This document shows positions 63,286 to 64,000 of a stretch of DNA of 64,000 nt, one piece after another. The notes beneath the pieces were generated by a model. It was not told where the DNA came from and did no database searches. It saw only the letters and a program-made list of their open reading frames with translations. The DNA lies in NCBI GenBank assembly GCA_900088475.1, contig FLMG01000505.1, positions 21,337 to 85,336 of the forward strand, given 5' to 3'. The DNA comes from Hyphochytrium catenoides (Eukaryota > Protista > Hyphochytriomycota). The position numbers were made by a program, and so were the translations under genes. The first letter of the stretch is position 1. The number at the start of each line of letters is the position of its first letter.

Positions 63286-64000
63286 ACAGACATGTAGGCC
63301 TAAAGAAGGAGTATTAATACCCTTCGGTACAAGAAAAAAGAAAAACAAGACCTCCCTAGAGGTGAAGAGGAAGAAGAGGGTAAGCAAACCTTAATCCTTC
63401 TTTGAGCACCACCGACGAAGGGTAGGTAGAGGGTAAGAGAAAGAAAGCACCCACCGCTGCTCAGAGTGAAGCAGCTATGATACCAGCGCGCGCTAGGAGC
63501 TGTAGTAGTGGGAAAAAGAAAGGGAGAGGCTACCAGTTGGAAGAGGCAAGGGTACGGTGGGGCTTGGCGACCTACCGCAGTTTTTTCCTCATACGTTGTA
63601 GGGGAGGTATTGCCGGCTGCGGCACCGGCGCCTGTGAATGAAGTTGGAGAAGAATAAGCTGGCCGTTGTGAATAGTAGACAAGGGCTCCAGTCTCCAAAC
63701 GACGAGAATCTAGTGGTCGAGCTCTTCCTTCTTGTCATTCTTGCGGGTTGGGGAGCGCTAACGGCAAGGTCGTACTGGATCAGAACGAGGAGAAAAGAAA
63801 GAGTTCTCATCAGCTCATCAGTGGTCACTAGAACTACTCTTGAAGCTGCTGGCCCGCTGCCTGGCATTCTTACACGTCCTGCCAATGCGACTTCCTCCTC
63901 CCTGGCCCACAATCAAGCGCCATTAGTCTAACGGTCGTCGCACTTAACACTCCTGGCTTCGGCCGCTTCTTCTGCGTCTAAGAAGAGGCATTTGAATCTA

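Noticed and set aside
63300-64000. Short ORFs at the right edge
   Set aside because: Could be the end of a gene from the next window, but strand and product cannot be supported here.

Overview
Gene-dense eukaryotic nuclear DNA with many short GT-AG introns, often with CTAAC/CTGAC-like branch points. It is probably from a stramenopile (inferred from the GSK3 'TISYSAERIIGNGSFGVVFQ' region and the style of the XMAP215). Housekeeping genes recognised: XMAP215/ch-TOG, TOM40, PA28/PSME3, CCT7, Mago nashi, LSm6, GSK3 and Sec12/PREB. Unusual content: (1) a compact cluster of three unrelated glycosyltransferase-type genes at 9.9-16.5 kb, namely a GINT1-type beta-propeller fused to DUF1647 instead of GT64, a GT31 lacking its DxD motif, and an intact GT32; (2) a probable RasGAP-START fusion gene running off the left edge; (3) an intronless PARG with a non-canonical catalytic loop; (4) two decayed CRE-like LINE copies joined head-to-head as a ~4.8 kb inverted structure, one of which carries a 250-bp antisense alginate-lyase-like coding fragment flanked by a 6-bp direct repeat; (5) a full-length bubblegum-type acyl-CoA synthetase with systematically lost catalytic motifs. 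All exon structures and family calls were made by eye from motifs; no searches were run.
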